Assembly: GCA_963765765.1 (NCBI GenBank)
Contig: CAVXYC010000023.1
Span: forward strand, 160,001-224,000
Reading direction: 5' to 3'
DNA: 64,000 nt
Source: an uncultured Chloroflexia bacterium
GTDB taxonomy: Bacteria > Chloroflexota > UBA6077 > JACCZL01
The translations under genes were made by a program, and so were the position numbers. The notes beneath the pieces were generated by a model. It was not told where the DNA came from. It saw nothing but the letters and a program-made list of their open reading frames with translations, and did not search any database. Shown here one piece after another: positions 19,339-29,927 of the stretch. The first letter of the stretch is position 1. Every line of letters begins with the position of its first letter.

Positions 19339-19985
19339 TGACCATTTCCCCGGTAACTCCAACAGCGGAAGGCCGCTCCAGCGTCATTGAGGTCATCAGC
19401 TCCCGACGGAGCTCCGGACGCGTGAGCGAGGATGTTCCGACCCGCGAGCTCATCGAGACGATGCTCGAGGCCGCTACCTGGGCGCCGAATCACCGACTCA
19501 CCCAGCCCTGGAGATACGTCGTGCTCGCGGGCGATGCGAGATTGGAGCTAGCTTCGGCCACTGTCAGGGCACAGATTCGGAGGGAACAGCCGTCGCCAGA
19601 TGAAATAGACCGACTCCACGAGATCGCGCGAACCAAGGTTCTGCGCGCTCCGCTGATCATCGCGGTTGGCGTCGAGCCGAGCCCCGATCCCAAGGTGCCT
19701 GAGATTGAAGAGGTCTGTGCTGGCGCTGCGGCTATTCAAAATATGCTCCTCACGGCGCATGAGCTGGGTCTCGCCGCAGTCTGGCGCACGGGAGACGCGT
19801 GCGCCGCTCTGGAGGTGAAACAGTTTCTCCACCTGACCGCCTCCTCACTTGTTCTCGGTTTTGTGTACGTAGGCTACCCATCGGCGCCGGCTCCCTCGAA
19901 ATCGCGCAGACCGGCGTCCGATTTCACCACCTGGTTGGGATATCCAAAGTCCAGTGAGGCCACGAATCATGCTGCAAGCGTCTGA
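19338..19985 (+). CDS. Nitroreductase (YdjA-like)
   Basis: ISSRRS, APNHRLTQPW, AAIQNMLL and WRTG motifs; TGATG coupling to the upstream gene. Confidence 0.9.
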   Translation: MTISPVTPTAEGRSSVIEVISSRRSSGRVSEDVPTRELIETMLEAATWAPNHRLTQPWRYVVLAGDARLELASATVRAQIRREQPSPDEIDRLHEIARTKVLRAPLIIAVGVEPSPDPKVPEIEEVCAGAAAIQNMLLTAHELGLAAVWRTGDACAALEVKQFLHLTASSLVLGFVYVGYPSAPAPSKSRRPASDFTTWLGYPKSSEATNHAASV

Positions 19986-20259
19986 CTCGTGGCGTCCCTG
20001 GTGGGACGCTGATCCCGCTGAGGCAAGTCTTGTGAGCGTTGCTGAGCGCGCCGTCCGTCAATCAGCCAAATCGGATGAACCTGCTCCGCTGTTCGATGAA
20101 TCCCACGGGCTGCTCATCGTGCTGGCGGGCTCGCTAGTCTTTGATCTCCTCCATCAGCTTGGGGATGTAGTCCGCCGACGATTGGGCGCGCCTAGCGTTC
20201 AGACAGAGCTGCCGGACTGGATCAGGAATGAGACCTGGTCCACACATGAGGGGCGATGA
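19969..20259 (+). CDS. Hypothetical protein
   Basis: Small ORF overlapping the nitroreductase end, inside the operon. Confidence 0.45.
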   Translation: MLQASDSWRPWWDADPAEASLVSVAERAVRQSAKSDEPAPLFDESHGLLIVLAGSLVFDLLHQLGDVVRRRLGAPSVQTELPDWIRNETWSTHEGR

Positions 20260-20328
20260 CGTCTTTGGCGCGAGGACATTTGCGTTAGATTGCGCGCTTC
20301 CAGATTCCAACTTTTAGGAGATAAGAGA

Positions 20329-21549
20329 ATGGGTTCCATCGGTAGTCTCGTTCATTCTGTGTCAGCGCGGCGCCTCGCCCGGCTTCGGCGTTTACACCTT
20401 TCCGCGCTGGCCCTAGCTGGCGTTGTGGTGCTCACGGCATGCAGCCAGGCTGCTCCTGTGGCTCCGACCGCGAAAGCAAATGTTGTAAGCCAGGTCAGCG
20501 TCACTGATGTGGTTGGCCGAACAGTCCAGCTCAAACTGCCTGTGGAGCGCATGATCTTTGGTGAGGGGCGGCTCATTTACCTCTCGAGTTTGTTGGAGAA
20601 GGAGGATCCGTTCAAGCATCTCGTGGGTTGGCAGGAAGACCTTCGCACTGCCGATCTGGATACCTGGAACAAGTACCGTGAAGCTTTTCCGCAGATGGAC
20701 AAGGTCACCGAGTTCGGGACGATCGCCGGCGGAGCGTTCAGCGCCGAAAAGGCGATCGAGCTCAAGCCCGACGTCATGGTGTTGAGCGTAGATACCTACG
20801 GACCGGCTCAGAGCTCCGGGCTCATGGACAGGCTGGAGAAGGCCGGGATCCCGAGCGTTGTCCTCGATTTCCGACAGCAGCCGCTCGAGAACACGGTGCC
20901 CAGCACCATCCTGCTCGGCCGCATGCTCGGCAAGGAGCAGCAGGCGCAGCAGTTCGTCGATTTTTATCTCCGAGAGACCAATAAAGTCTTCTCGAAAGTC
21001 GACGGTCTCAAGACCCCGATTCCTAGCGTGTTCATGCACCGCGCTCCTGGGCTGATCGAGTGCTGTGCCACATTCGGTCGGGCAAACCTCGGAATGCTCA
21101 TCGAGCGGGCCGGCGGGAATAACCTCGGGTCGGGGAAGATCATGGGATGGTCAGGTACCTTCAACCCTGAGCAGGTGTTGACCAGCGATCCCGAGCTGAT
21201 CATTGCAACTGGCTCCAATTGGGACCAATCCGCTACCAAGCGGTCGGATGTCCAGTTTGTCAGGTTGGGCTACGGCGCAAAGACCGACGAGGCGCGCGCC
21301 CAGCTTCAAAAGCTTTCCGACCAACCTGGCTGGGGCAACCTTCAGGCTGTCAAGAACAAGAAGCTCTTTGCCGTCTGGCATCAGTTCTATAACTCGCCCT
21401 ACCACTTCGCCGTTTTGCAGCAGTTCGCCAAGTGGCTGCACCCCCAGGAGTTCGCTGAGCTCGACCCCGAAAAGTCGTTCCAGGATCTCCACGATCGGTT
21501 TCTTCCGATCAAGTACAGCGGGACGTTCTGGGTGGGTATCGGTGGATAG
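20329..21549 (+). CDS. Fe-siderophore/cobalamin-type ABC substrate-binding lipoprotein
   Basis: Lipobox LTAC; VTDVVGRTV, EKAIELKPD and LQAVKNKK motifs; AGGAG RBS. Confidence 0.88.
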   Translation: MGSIGSLVHSVSARRLARLRRLHLSALALAGVVVLTACSQAAPVAPTAKANVVSQVSVTDVVGRTVQLKLPVERMIFGEGRLIYLSSLLEKEDPFKHLVGWQEDLRTADLDTWNKYREAFPQMDKVTEFGTIAGGAFSAEKAIELKPDVMVLSVDTYGPAQSSGLMDRLEKAGIPSVVLDFRQQPLENTVPSTILLGRMLGKEQQAQQFVDFYLRETNKVFSKVDGLKTPIPSVFMHRAPGLIECCATFGRANLGMLIERAGGNNLGSGKIMGWSGTFNPEQVLTSDPELIIATGSNWDQSATKRSDVQFVRLGYGAKTDEARAQLQKLSDQPGWGNLQAVKNKKLFAVWHQFYNSPYHFAVLQQFAKWLHPQEFAELDPEKSFQDLHDRFLPIKYSGTFWVGIGG

Positions 21550-21588
21550 CCGACGATTCTATGAGTGCTCGTAGCGTCTCTCCAGACC

Positions 21589-22683
21589 ATGACGCCGACA
21601 GCAAAAGCCGGCGCCGTGCCAGGCAGTACGATCTGGCGCGCGGCGACCGGTCGCCAGACGTACAGCCGGATCACGGGCCGCAAGCGCCTCATTCTGGCGG
21701 GCATGAGCCTCGCATTGGTCCTGTCCGTCCTGACGGACGTCGCCATAGGCCCGTCCGGGCTGACGATCTCGACGTCATCAGAATTATTGTCTTGCCCGAC
21801 GCGGGCGATATTCAACAGCGCGTCATCGTCTGGGAGATTCGTCTGCCCATGGCTCTCATGGCGATCGTCGTGGGCGCGTCGCTCTCGGTGGCTGGCGCGG
21901 AGATGCAAACGATTCTGAACAATCCGCTCGCCAGCCCTTTCACCCTCGGAGTGTCCGCGGCGGCGGGATTTGGCGCGGCTATAGCTCTCGTGCTGGGTGT
22001 GAGCATTCTGCCGTTTGCCGGGATCTTCTTCGTGGCGGGTAACGCGTTTGTCCTGGCGCTCATCGCTGCGTTGCTCATCTACTCATGCAGCATGCTGCGC
22101 GGCGTCAACGCGGAGACCATGGTGCTTCTGGGCATTGCTCTCGTCTTTATGTTCAACGCGTTGCTGGCATTACTCCAGTACGTCGCATCGGAACAGGCAC
22201 TCCAGCAGGTCGTGTTCTGGATGCTGGGTAGTCTGACGCGCGCGGACTGGCCAAAGGTTGGTCTCACCGCGGGTGTATTGCTTTTGTGTGACGCCATGCT
22301 TCGCACGCTGGGCATGGCACCTCACCGCCTTGCGTCTCGGTGATGAGCGAGCCCTCAGCCTTGGCGTTCCGGTGCGCAGGCTTCGGCTCGGCGTACTTCT
22401 TGGAGTGTCGCTACTGGCGGCAACGCCGGTAGCGTTTGTGGGCACTATAGGATTCGTTGGCCTGGTCGGTCCCCATGTCGCGCGCATGCTGGTGGGCGAG
22501 GACCAGCGTTATTTTCTCCCGACATCGCTGATCTGCGGAGCCTTGCTGCTCTCGGTCACTTCGATTGTGAGCAAATCGTTGATTCCTGGCGTGATCATCC
22601 CGATCGGAATCATCACGTCGATCGTCGGCGTTCCGTTCTTCCTCAGCTTGATCTTCACCCGTCGACGGCAGCTCTGGTCATGA
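21589..22683 (+). CDS. FecCD-family ABC permease; two apparent frameshifts (near 21770 and 22290)
   Basis: IVWEIRLP, NNPLASPFTLG, FWMLGSL and GTIGFVGLVGPH are spread over three frames. Confidence 0.85.
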
Positions 22684-23555
22684 GAGTCAACGTCGAGAAC
22701 CTCTGGTTCAGATACGGGAAGTCGCCAGTACTTCACGGAATTACTACGGGCGATATCGAATCCGGGCTCGTCACGGCCCTCATCGGCCCCAACGCGGCCG
22801 GAAAATCGACATTGCTTAAATGCATCGCGGGAATGCTGCACGGCGATGGCAGCATCTTGCTCGACGGTGCACCCGCGGAGCGATTCGACCGTGGGGGCGA
22901 ACGTGCCCGCGTGGTGAGCTATCTGCCGCAGGAGTACCCGAGTACCGCTGCCCTGACGGTTTTCGAGGCGGTGCTTCTGGCTCGGCAACATTCATCGTCG
23001 TGGCTGGTGAGTGATTCCGATCTGGAGCACGTTGAGCGGATTCTTACGGAGCTACGGCTCGATATGCTCGGCCTGCGCTACCTCAATGAGCTGAGTGGTG
23101 GACAACGGCAATTGGTGGCTGTTGCACAGGCGCTGGCTCGGGAGCCACGCGTCCTGCTTCTCGATGAGCCAACCAGCAGCCTGGATCTCCAGCGTCAGCT
23201 CGAGCTTTTTTCACTGGTGCGACGTGTCGCACTTGAGCGCGAGATGACCGTGATCATCGCCGTTCACGATCTCAACCTGGCCGCGCGTTTTTCCGACCGA
23301 TTGGTGGTCCTTCACCACGGCAGCGTTGTGGCCAGCGGAGAGCCCGCCGACGTGTTGACGCCAGATTTACTGTCTACCGTTTACGGCATCGAAGCGCGTG
23401 TCTCGCTGGATTCGGATCAGATTCCACAGATCACGCCTATTCGAGCCATAGGCGATCACGAAAGGAGTGTCACTCTTGACCCAGGAATCAATGACCCCGG
23501 CATCGGTGAAGGAGATCGTGCGGCAGCACTGGGGCCAACGCGCAGCAACATTTGA
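22680..23555 (+). CDS. ABC ATP-binding protein (FecE-like)
   Basis: GPNAAGKS, LSGGQRQ, LLDEPT and HDLNLAAR motifs. Confidence 0.92.
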   Translation: MRVNVENLWFRYGKSPVLHGITTGDIESGLVTALIGPNAAGKSTLLKCIAGMLHGDGSILLDGAPAERFDRGGERARVVSYLPQEYPSTAALTVFEAVLLARQHSSSWLVSDSDLEHVERILTELRLDMLGLRYLNELSGGQRQLVAVAQALAREPRVLLLDEPTSSLDLQRQLELFSLVRRVALEREMTVIIAVHDLNLAARFSDRLVVLHHGSVVASGEPADVLTPDLLSTVYGIEARVSLDSDQIPQITPIRAIGDHERSVTLDPGINDPGIGEGDRAAALGPTRSNI

Positions 23556-24159
23556 CGATGCCCCCAACCATGGTCTTCATTCGGACGAGCAGACCAGTGG
23601 CTGGCTCGAGCGGCTGCGTGCATGGTCTGAACTCGGAATGTTGGAGGTGCTGGACGTCGGTTGCGGCACCGGCTTTCTGGCGCTACTGCTCGCGCAATTG
23701 GGTCACACCGTAACCGGTGTGGACATCGCTTCGGCAATGCTGGACCGAGCACGCGAGAAGGCGTCGGCTCAGGGGCTGACCGTGGAGTTTCGACTGTCGG
23801 ATGGCGATCAGCTTCCGTTTCCTGATGCGTCATTTGACCTGGTTGTGGAGCGCCACGTGATATGGACGATGCCGGAACCTGCTCGTGCCCTTGAGGACTG
23901 GTTGCGCGTACTGCGAGCTGGCGCTCACCTGGTGCTGGTTGAAGGTGACTGGCGATCCACGGGTCACCCGGATTACGCGTCGATCCGCGATGCGCTTCCG
24001 CTCTATGGGGGACGACCGTCCGGGGAGCTGAAGGTAGTCGTCGAAAAAGCCGGCTTCGTGAACGTTTCAGTTGAGCCGCTCGATGACGCCGTGCTCTGGG
24101 GAAGCACGCCGGAGCGTGAGCGTTACGCGCTGCACGCGTGGAAACCATCGGCGGTCTGA
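23467..24159 (+). CDS. Class I SAM-dependent methyltransferase
   Basis: VLDVGCGTG, LPFPDASFD and W.RVLR.G motifs. Confidence 0.9.
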   Translation: MSLLTQESMTPASVKEIVRQHWGQRAATFDDAPNHGLHSDEQTSGWLERLRAWSELGMLEVLDVGCGTGFLALLLAQLGHTVTGVDIASAMLDRAREKASAQGLTVEFRLSDGDQLPFPDASFDLVVERHVIWTMPEPARALEDWLRVLRAGAHLVLVEGDWRSTGHPDYASIRDALPLYGGRPSGELKVVVEKAGFVNVSVEPLDDAVLWGSTPERERYALHAWKPSAV

Positions 24160-24252
24160 TTCATCGGCTTTACTGATTGCTCGTACAGTCCGGTCCTTGC
24201 TGTCCCTTGATGGCAGGGACTGAGACTTCCTCGCGAGCTCCCCTCTCACACG

Positions 24253-24283
24253 CGCCGCGGACGTTTCCGTCCGCGGCGTTTTT
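24253..24283 (+). terminator. Rho-independent terminator
   Basis: CGCCGCGGACG-TTTC-CGTCCGCGGCG followed by TTTTT. Confidence 0.8.
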
Positions 24284-24355
24284 ATCTGCCTGGACTGGGA
24301 CCGAGCCGACAGGATGTCGGCGGTCCCGGATACCCCGTTTATTATTGCTCCGAAT

Positions 24356-25213
24356 ATGAAAGACATCTTGCACGAGGAAGTGGCCGAGCTTCTCCGCGAA
24401 GTCGCGGCGGACATCGTGCTTCCGCGATTGCGGGCTCTCCGGGATGACGAACGGTGGGAGAAGTCGCCCGGAGAGATCGTTACTGTCGTCGATCGCGAGG
24501 CTGAAGCACGCCTTGCGGGTGGCCTCCTGAAGCTCTTGCCAGACTCACGGGTTGTGGGCGAGGAGGCTGTGGCTGCCGACTCCAGGCTACTCGAGGGACT
24601 GAACGAAGGAACGGTCTGGCTGGTGGATCCGCTGGATGGCACGGCTAATTTCGTTGCGGGGAGCGATCAGTTTTCGATGATGGTGGCTCTCGTGCGAAAT
24701 GGAGAAACAGTCGCTTCCTGGATGCTCGATCCAGTCCGCGGCGAGCTCGCTTTCGCGGAATTAGGCGGCGGAGCGTCTCTCGGCTCCCGCTGGTTGCGGG
24801 CGAGCGAAGATGTTCAGAGCTTAGACCTGATGCGTGGAGCGGTGCTTACCGGGTTTCTCCCTAGATCGTTGCACAAGTTGATGGAGGAAAACTGCGCTCG
24901 CTTTGCTGAAGTATTACCCGGGATGCGCTGTGCGGGTCACGAGTACCCCGCGGTCGCGTGCGGAGTGCAGGATTTCGCACTGTTCTGGCGCACTCTCCCC
25001 TGGGATCATGCGCCAGGGGTATTGTTTCTAAGTGAAGCCGGCGGGAAGGTCGCGCGCCTGGACGGGCGGCCGTATCGTCCCGCTGATAAGGGGAGCGGGC
25101 TTTTACTTGCCCGCAATGAAGCTGTCTGGCGGTCCGTTCACGCCTGCCTTTTCACAAATATTCCGCAGCCGATAATCCAATCGATGTGCGGACATGATCG
25201 GGACCAGGGGTGA
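24356..25213 (+). CDS. Inositol monophosphatase family protein
   Basis: GEE, WLVDPLDGTANF and PWDHAPG motifs. Confidence 0.92.
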   Translation: MKDILHEEVAELLREVAADIVLPRLRALRDDERWEKSPGEIVTVVDREAEARLAGGLLKLLPDSRVVGEEAVAADSRLLEGLNEGTVWLVDPLDGTANFVAGSDQFSMMVALVRNGETVASWMLDPVRGELAFAELGGGASLGSRWLRASEDVQSLDLMRGAVLTGFLPRSLHKLMEENCARFAEVLPGMRCAGHEYPAVACGVQDFALFWRTLPWDHAPGVLFLSEAGGKVARLDGRPYRPADKGSGLLLARNEAVWRSVHACLFTNIPQPIIQSMCGHDRDQG

Positions 25214-25271
25214 CCTTCCCACCGGTTTGCGCTGTACACTGCCAACATAACCCAAGGATGGAGACAACCCA

Positions 25272-25796
25272 TTGATTCGAACCCGTGTCGCGCCGCTCAT
25301 TGCTGCAGCCGCGCTCATGATGTCAGTGATGCCGGGCCAGGCCCATGCTGAAGGGGAGGGCTGTCCGCTCATCACAGAGGCCGACATGACGGGTGCGGTC
25401 GGAGCGCCGACAACGCTGCTGCCATTTGATGGCGCGGTGAACGAGATTGGGCGCGTCACGAGCTGCATTTTCACCGGCGAGTCGGGCTTTATTATCGTTA
25501 CGAGAGCCGTTGACGCTTTTGATGCCGAGGCACCGAACGAGATCTCGCCGGAACAGATTGCCCTGGTGAAGCGCGGTGATGAAGAAGTGAATTACCGACC
25601 GATTCAGGGCATCGGGGATACGGCGTTGTGGGCTCAAGTCGCGGATCCCGAGCTGGCCAAGGAGCGCATGCCCTTCTTGCTGGTCAAGGGAGGCCCGGAT
25701 CTCTATACCATCGGGTCTGATGATCTCGATGAGGCCAACGCTGAGGCCACGTCATTGGCGGTAGCCCGAACCCTTCTGGAGAAGCTCGGTACCTAG
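25272..25796 (+). CDS. Secreted hypothetical protein
   Basis: Signal peptide ending AHA; CPLIT...C and IGDTALW pattern; GGAG RBS. Confidence 0.7.
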   Translation: MIRTRVAPLIAAAALMMSVMPGQAHAEGEGCPLITEADMTGAVGAPTTLLPFDGAVNEIGRVTSCIFTGESGFIIVTRAVDAFDAEAPNEISPEQIALVKRGDEEVNYRPIQGIGDTALWAQVADPELAKERMPFLLVKGGPDLYTIGSDDLDEANAEATSLAVARTLLEKLGT

Positions 25797-25821
25797 ATCA
25801 TCTGTCCGTGGCGACGGGCGT

Positions 25822-25904
25822 CGAGTAGCGAGTAACCAGTAAATTCTCCCGCTGACCGCTTCCCCGTTGTTACTCGGTACTCGCTACTGGTTACTCGCTA
25901 CTCG
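25822..25904. repeat. Inverted heptamer tandem-repeat element (CGAGTAR)n ... (YTACTCG)n
   Basis: Three units at 25822-25842 face five units at 25870-25904, with a 20-bp perfect inverted match. Confidence 0.8.
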
Positions 25905-28225
25905 GCTTCGTCGAGCCCTGCGAACACACGTTCCGCTGTAACGGGTAGCGTCATGAGTCGCACGCCGGTCGCCGCGTAAACGGCATTGGCAATGGCTGGT
26001 GCTACTCCACTGTTCACCGTTTCGCCCACTGACTTCGCGCCAAAGGGCCCCGGCCCGATATCCGTTGGGACGTAGACCACCCGCAGCGGTGGAAGGTCCA
26101 TCTGAGTGGGCATCTTGTATTCGCCGAGGTTGACATTAGTAATGCGGCCGTCTTCGACGACCATCTCCTCCATCGTGGCGTGTCCAATGCCGTAGATGTA
26201 GCTGCCCTCGAGCTGCCCTGAGTGCGCCACGGGGTTGATGATCGTGCCCACGTCCGCGGCCATCACGGCGTCTTCCACGGTAACCTGGCCCGTATCAGGG
26301 TCAACTTGCACTTCGATCATGTAGGCGTAGAAGTTGTAGTCGTCCTCGCCATGGCCCGCATCGGGAACGGTATGGCCGCTGTCGTATTCGCCCTTCACTT
26401 CGATCGAACCCGAGGCCACGATCCGAGCGGCGATCTCCTCAAAGCTGGCGCGCTCTGATGAGCCGTCGCCAACTACGAACTCGTCGTCCCGTAGATGCAC
26501 ATCCTCGGCCGGCCAGCCCTGTAGCTCAGCGGCCAGCTCCTCAAGTTTGGCTTTCAATGTGGTGGCGCCGGCGATCGACGCGCGTCCCATGATGTGTGTA
26601 ACTCGGCTGGCGCCCGCACCCGGATCCAGTGGCGCCTCCGACGTCGTGCCATAGCGCGGCATGATGCGCTCGGGCTTCACGCTCAGCACACTGGACGCGA
26701 CCCGGCGCACCACGGTTTGCGATCCGCTTCCCTGGTCGGGCGTTCCATAGAGCGCGTCGATCTTTCCATCCTCGCGCAGTCGGAAGATAATGCCCGTCTT
26801 GCCCTGGCCCACTTCGCGATGAAGCAGCGCCACGCCGCGTCCGCGATTCGGCTTGAGTGGCTGACCCCAGCTCGTCTCATTCTTGATCGTCTCGAGCACG
26901 GCAATTGCGCGAGGGTTGCGGTAGCCTTCGCCGGCGTTTCCGCGATCACCTTCTCGTAGGGCATTCTTGAATCGCATCTCCAGCGGATCGATGCCAAGCT
27001 CACGAGCGATACGATCGATGTGCCCTTCGCCGGCGGAGCCCATCTGGATGGCGCCCGGCGCGCGCACGTGTCCGGCGGGAGTCGTGTTCGTGTAGGCCAC
27101 GAACTGCTCCAGCCGCGTGTTGGGAACGTTGTAGGCCTGTAGACAGACCCAGGTCGGCATAGGCCACATCATTGGCTTTGGCGCGGCATAGGCCCCGCCA
27201 TTGAAGTAGCCAATGTACTCGTGCGCCACAATGCGCCCATCGTTCATCACGCCCGTGCGTAGCGTGATAGTCGTGTTGTGACGCGGATTGCAGGCGCCGA
27301 GCTCCTCGGCATACGTCATCACGGACTTGACCGGACGCCCGGTCATCTTGGACAGGTAGTACAGCGAGAACTCGTCCATCGTGAAGCCTTTGCCGCCGAA
27401 GTCGGCGCCAATGAACATGCAGTCCACGACGATGTTCTCCAGCGGCTCGCCGGTGACCACCGAAAGCTGGCGGCGCAGACCGAAGGGCGATTTGTTCACA
27501 GACCATACCCGCGCCATTCCATCGTCCTGCACCCAGACGACGCTAGCGTGCGGCTCGATGTAGCCCTGGTGCTGGCGCGGCGCCGTATACGTGTCTTCGA
27601 AGACGCGGTCCGCCTGAGCGAAGGCCTTCTCGATGTCCGGCTCGCCCTTGGTCTGTAAGGTGTAGCCCTGGAGATTGGCATGCTCCTTGGGAGGCCACGG
27701 ACGGTTGCTTCCGCCGATCAGACTCTCCACGTGATAGCTCTCTGCATTGGGATGAAGAATCGGAGCATCCGAGCGAAGGGCTTGCTCGCAATCAAGCACG
27801 GGCTCGAGGTCCTCGTACTCCACCTGGATGAGGTTGATCGCGTTCTCGGCGATCTCACGCGAATCGGCGGCCACAACTGCCACGCGCTCGCCCGCGAACA
27901 GCACCTTGCCGTCGGCGAGTACCGGCCAGTCGAAAATATTGCGGCCGAACCGTTTGCCGGCCACGTCAGCGCCAGTTAACACAGCGTGCACGCCCGGCAG
28001 AGCTCTGGCAGCGCTCGTATCAATGGAGACGATCCGCGCATGGGCATACGGGCTGAGCAGGTACTTTGCCTCCAGCATGCCAGGCAGTTTGAGATCGGCC
28101 GTATAGCGTGCATTGCCGGTGACCTTGAGCCGGCCCTCCACGCGTAGCTCGGGCTGCTCAAAGACCTTCGCGGCTTCGGGCGTGAGCGTCGTTGGCAGGT
28201 CCGGAGCGTCGGGAAGATGAGTCAT
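25898..28225 (-). CDS. Xanthine dehydrogenase-family molybdopterin-binding subunit (CoxL-like, not CODH)
   Basis: KVTGNARY, YIEP, IGADFGGK, VRAPG and GAKSVGE motifs; lacks AYxCSFR. Confidence 0.92.
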   Translation of the reverse strand: MTHLPDAPDLPTTLTPEAAKVFEQPELRVEGRLKVTGNARYTADLKLPGMLEAKYLLSPYAHARIVSIDTSAARALPGVHAVLTGADVAGKRFGRNIFDWPVLADGKVLFAGERVAVVAADSREIAENAINLIQVEYEDLEPVLDCEQALRSDAPILHPNAESYHVESLIGGSNRPWPPKEHANLQGYTLQTKGEPDIEKAFAQADRVFEDTYTAPRQHQGYIEPHASVVWVQDDGMARVWSVNKSPFGLRRQLSVVTGEPLENIVVDCMFIGADFGGKGFTMDEFSLYYLSKMTGRPVKSVMTYAEELGACNPRHNTTITLRTGVMNDGRIVAHEYIGYFNGGAYAAPKPMMWPMPTWVCLQAYNVPNTRLEQFVAYTNTTPAGHVRAPGAIQMGSAGEGHIDRIARELGIDPLEMRFKNALREGDRGNAGEGYRNPRAIAVLETIKNETSWGQPLKPNRGRGVALLHREVGQGKTGIIFRLREDGKIDALYGTPDQGSGSQTVVRRVASSVLSVKPERIMPRYGTTSEAPLDPGAGASRVTHIMGRASIAGATTLKAKLEELAAELQGWPAEDVHLRDDEFVVGDGSSERASFEEIAARIVASGSIEVKGEYDSGHTVPDAGHGEDDYNFYAYMIEVQVDPDTGQVTVEDAVMAADVGTIINPVAHSGQLEGSYIYGIGHATMEEMVVEDGRITNVNLGEYKMPTQMDLPPLRVVYVPTDIGPGPFGAKSVGETVNSGVAPAIANAVYAATGVRLMTLPVTAERVFAGLDEAE

Positions 28226-28497
28226 GTTCGGATTCCTCGTGTGGCTCGAGTCTTCATTGAAGCGATTCACCGTGAATCCGTCGTCAAGCCGAATGGGGAG
28301 GCCCAATCCGAGGCTGACCGACGGCCGATTGGCAGATCGTACCACGGACGCACTTACGGCATTGACACCGTCCACCGTGCCAATACGAAGGCCACTTTCC
28401 TGCCCGATCGCTGATCTGGCTTGTTAATGAGGTTCGGAGAATCCTCGATCTGCGGACCGAATTCCATCTTCTCGAGCAACCCGCGATAGCAAAGCGA

Positions 28498-28526
28498 AGG
28501 GGCACGCCTTAGGACGTGCCCCTTAC
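28498..28526. repeat. REP-like palindrome or hairpin after coxG
   Basis: AGGGGCACGCC-TTA-GGACGTGCCCCT followed by TAC. Confidence 0.55.
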
Positions 28527-28560
28527 GCGTGGGTGAGGCAATGAGAGCGGAGGCGCTTGA

Positions 28561-29010
28561 CTAGGCGCTGACTTCGTTGCTCAAGTTCTTGGCAAACTCT
28601 TGCATGATCTGGTCGGCCTTTTTGCGGATGATTGGCTGACCGAATTCGCCGATGCGGCCCATGACCTGGGCATCCGTAACTATGGTGAGGTTGGATGTAT
28701 CCGCGGAGGCTTCGTCGACTTGCATATCCATCGTGGCTTTTACCGCACCGCCCACGCGCTTGTCGGCAGCGTCGGCGCGCATGGCAGCTTTGCCGGCGCC
28801 CTCATCAGATTCCGTTATGGCAATGTCGCCCTCAAGCGCCAGCTTGATTGGACCGACCGAAACTTTGAGCGTCCCACGATATTTGTCGTCGCCGAGTGCT
28901 TCAACGCCCTCGACGCCTGGAACGCACTTCGCGACCCGTGGCACATCCATGAGTAGCTCGAACAGCTTTGTCTTGGATGCTTGGACCGATACGCTGTGCT
29001 CGAACTTCAC
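28561..29010 (-). CDS. coxG: CoxG/SRPBCC family protein
   Basis: CVPG, KVSVGPI and GRIGEFGQPIIRKKA motifs. Confidence 0.85.
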   Translation of the reverse strand: MKFEHSVSVQASKTKLFELLMDVPRVAKCVPGVEGVEALGDDKYRGTLKVSVGPIKLALEGDIAITESDEGAGKAAMRADAADKRVGGAVKATMDMQVDEASADTSNLTIVTDAQVMGRIGEFGQPIIRKKADQIMQEFAKNLSNEVSA

Positions 29011-29012
29011 GA

Positions 29013-29924
29013 TTAGCCCCTGGCTCGCGCGGGGATGAGCGTGCCGTGCTTGCCACCCAGAGGCGTGCTGTTGAGCAGCGATTTCAGCGCACGCGATGTC
29101 CACACGCGCGCCATGGCACGCTTGTATTCAGCCGAGCCACGGATGTCGGCGATGGGATCGACTTCTTCCGTCACCAGCTCGGCGGCGTCGTCGATGATCG
29201 CCTCCGTCAGGGTTTGCCCGCGAATGGCGTCCTCAACGCGCTTCGCTCGGAGCGGGACTGGCGCCGCGGCGCCAAGCGCTACGCGGACATCTTCGACGCG
29301 GTTGCTGGCGTCGAGCTGCAAACGTGCCGCGACGGCCACGGTGGCGTAGTCGTCTTCGGTGCGCGGTAGAAACTTGACGTAGCAGGTTCGTGCATTTGCA
29401 GGGAGAGGAGGGAGCTTCACCGAGGTGAGCATCTCACCTTCCTGGACAACCGTCTCGAAGTAATCGACGAAGAATTCATCCAGGGGCACTGTGCGCTCGC
29501 CGGAAGTCGAGCGGATCACCGCCTGCGCATCCAGCACCATCAGCATGGACGGCGGGTCCTGGGCCGGATCGGCGTGGACGAGGTTACCGCCCACGGTTCC
29601 CTGATTGCGGATACGGATCGTCGCGACGCGCGCGAAATTCTCCGGCAGCGTCGGGCAGTAGGCGTATGCGTCATCAGACAGCTCAACCTGGCGGTGCGAC
29701 GTGGTGGCGCCAATCTCGAGTCCACCATCTGCAGTCTTGTTAATGCCGCGTAGGCCCTGCACACCGCGCAAGCCAACCACGTGGCCGGGCTGCACGAGTC
29801 CCTGCTGCATGAGCAGCATCATGGATGTTCCGCCGGCCATAAAGTGTGCGTCATCGCCGTGCTGCGCCAGGATGGACAGCGCCTCGTCCACAGTCGTCGG
29901 CGTGTAGTATTCAAAGGTTTTCAT
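29013..29924 (-). CDS. FAD-binding subunit (CoxM-like)
   Basis: AGGTS, IRNQGTVGGN and DIRGSAEYK motifs. Confidence 0.92.
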   Translation of the reverse strand: MKTFEYYTPTTVDEALSILAQHGDDAHFMAGGTSMMLLMQQGLVQPGHVVGLRGVQGLRGINKTADGGLEIGATTSHRQVELSDDAYAYCPTLPENFARVATIRIRNQGTVGGNLVHADPAQDPPSMLMVLDAQAVIRSTSGERTVPLDEFFVDYFETVVQEGEMLTSVKLPPLPANARTCYVKFLPRTEDDYATVAVAARLQLDASNRVEDVRVALGAAAPVPLRAKRVEDAIRGQTLTEAIIDDAAELVTEEVDPIADIRGSAEYKRAMARVWTSRALKSLLNSTPLGGKHGTLIPARARG

Positions 29925-29927
29925 CGT

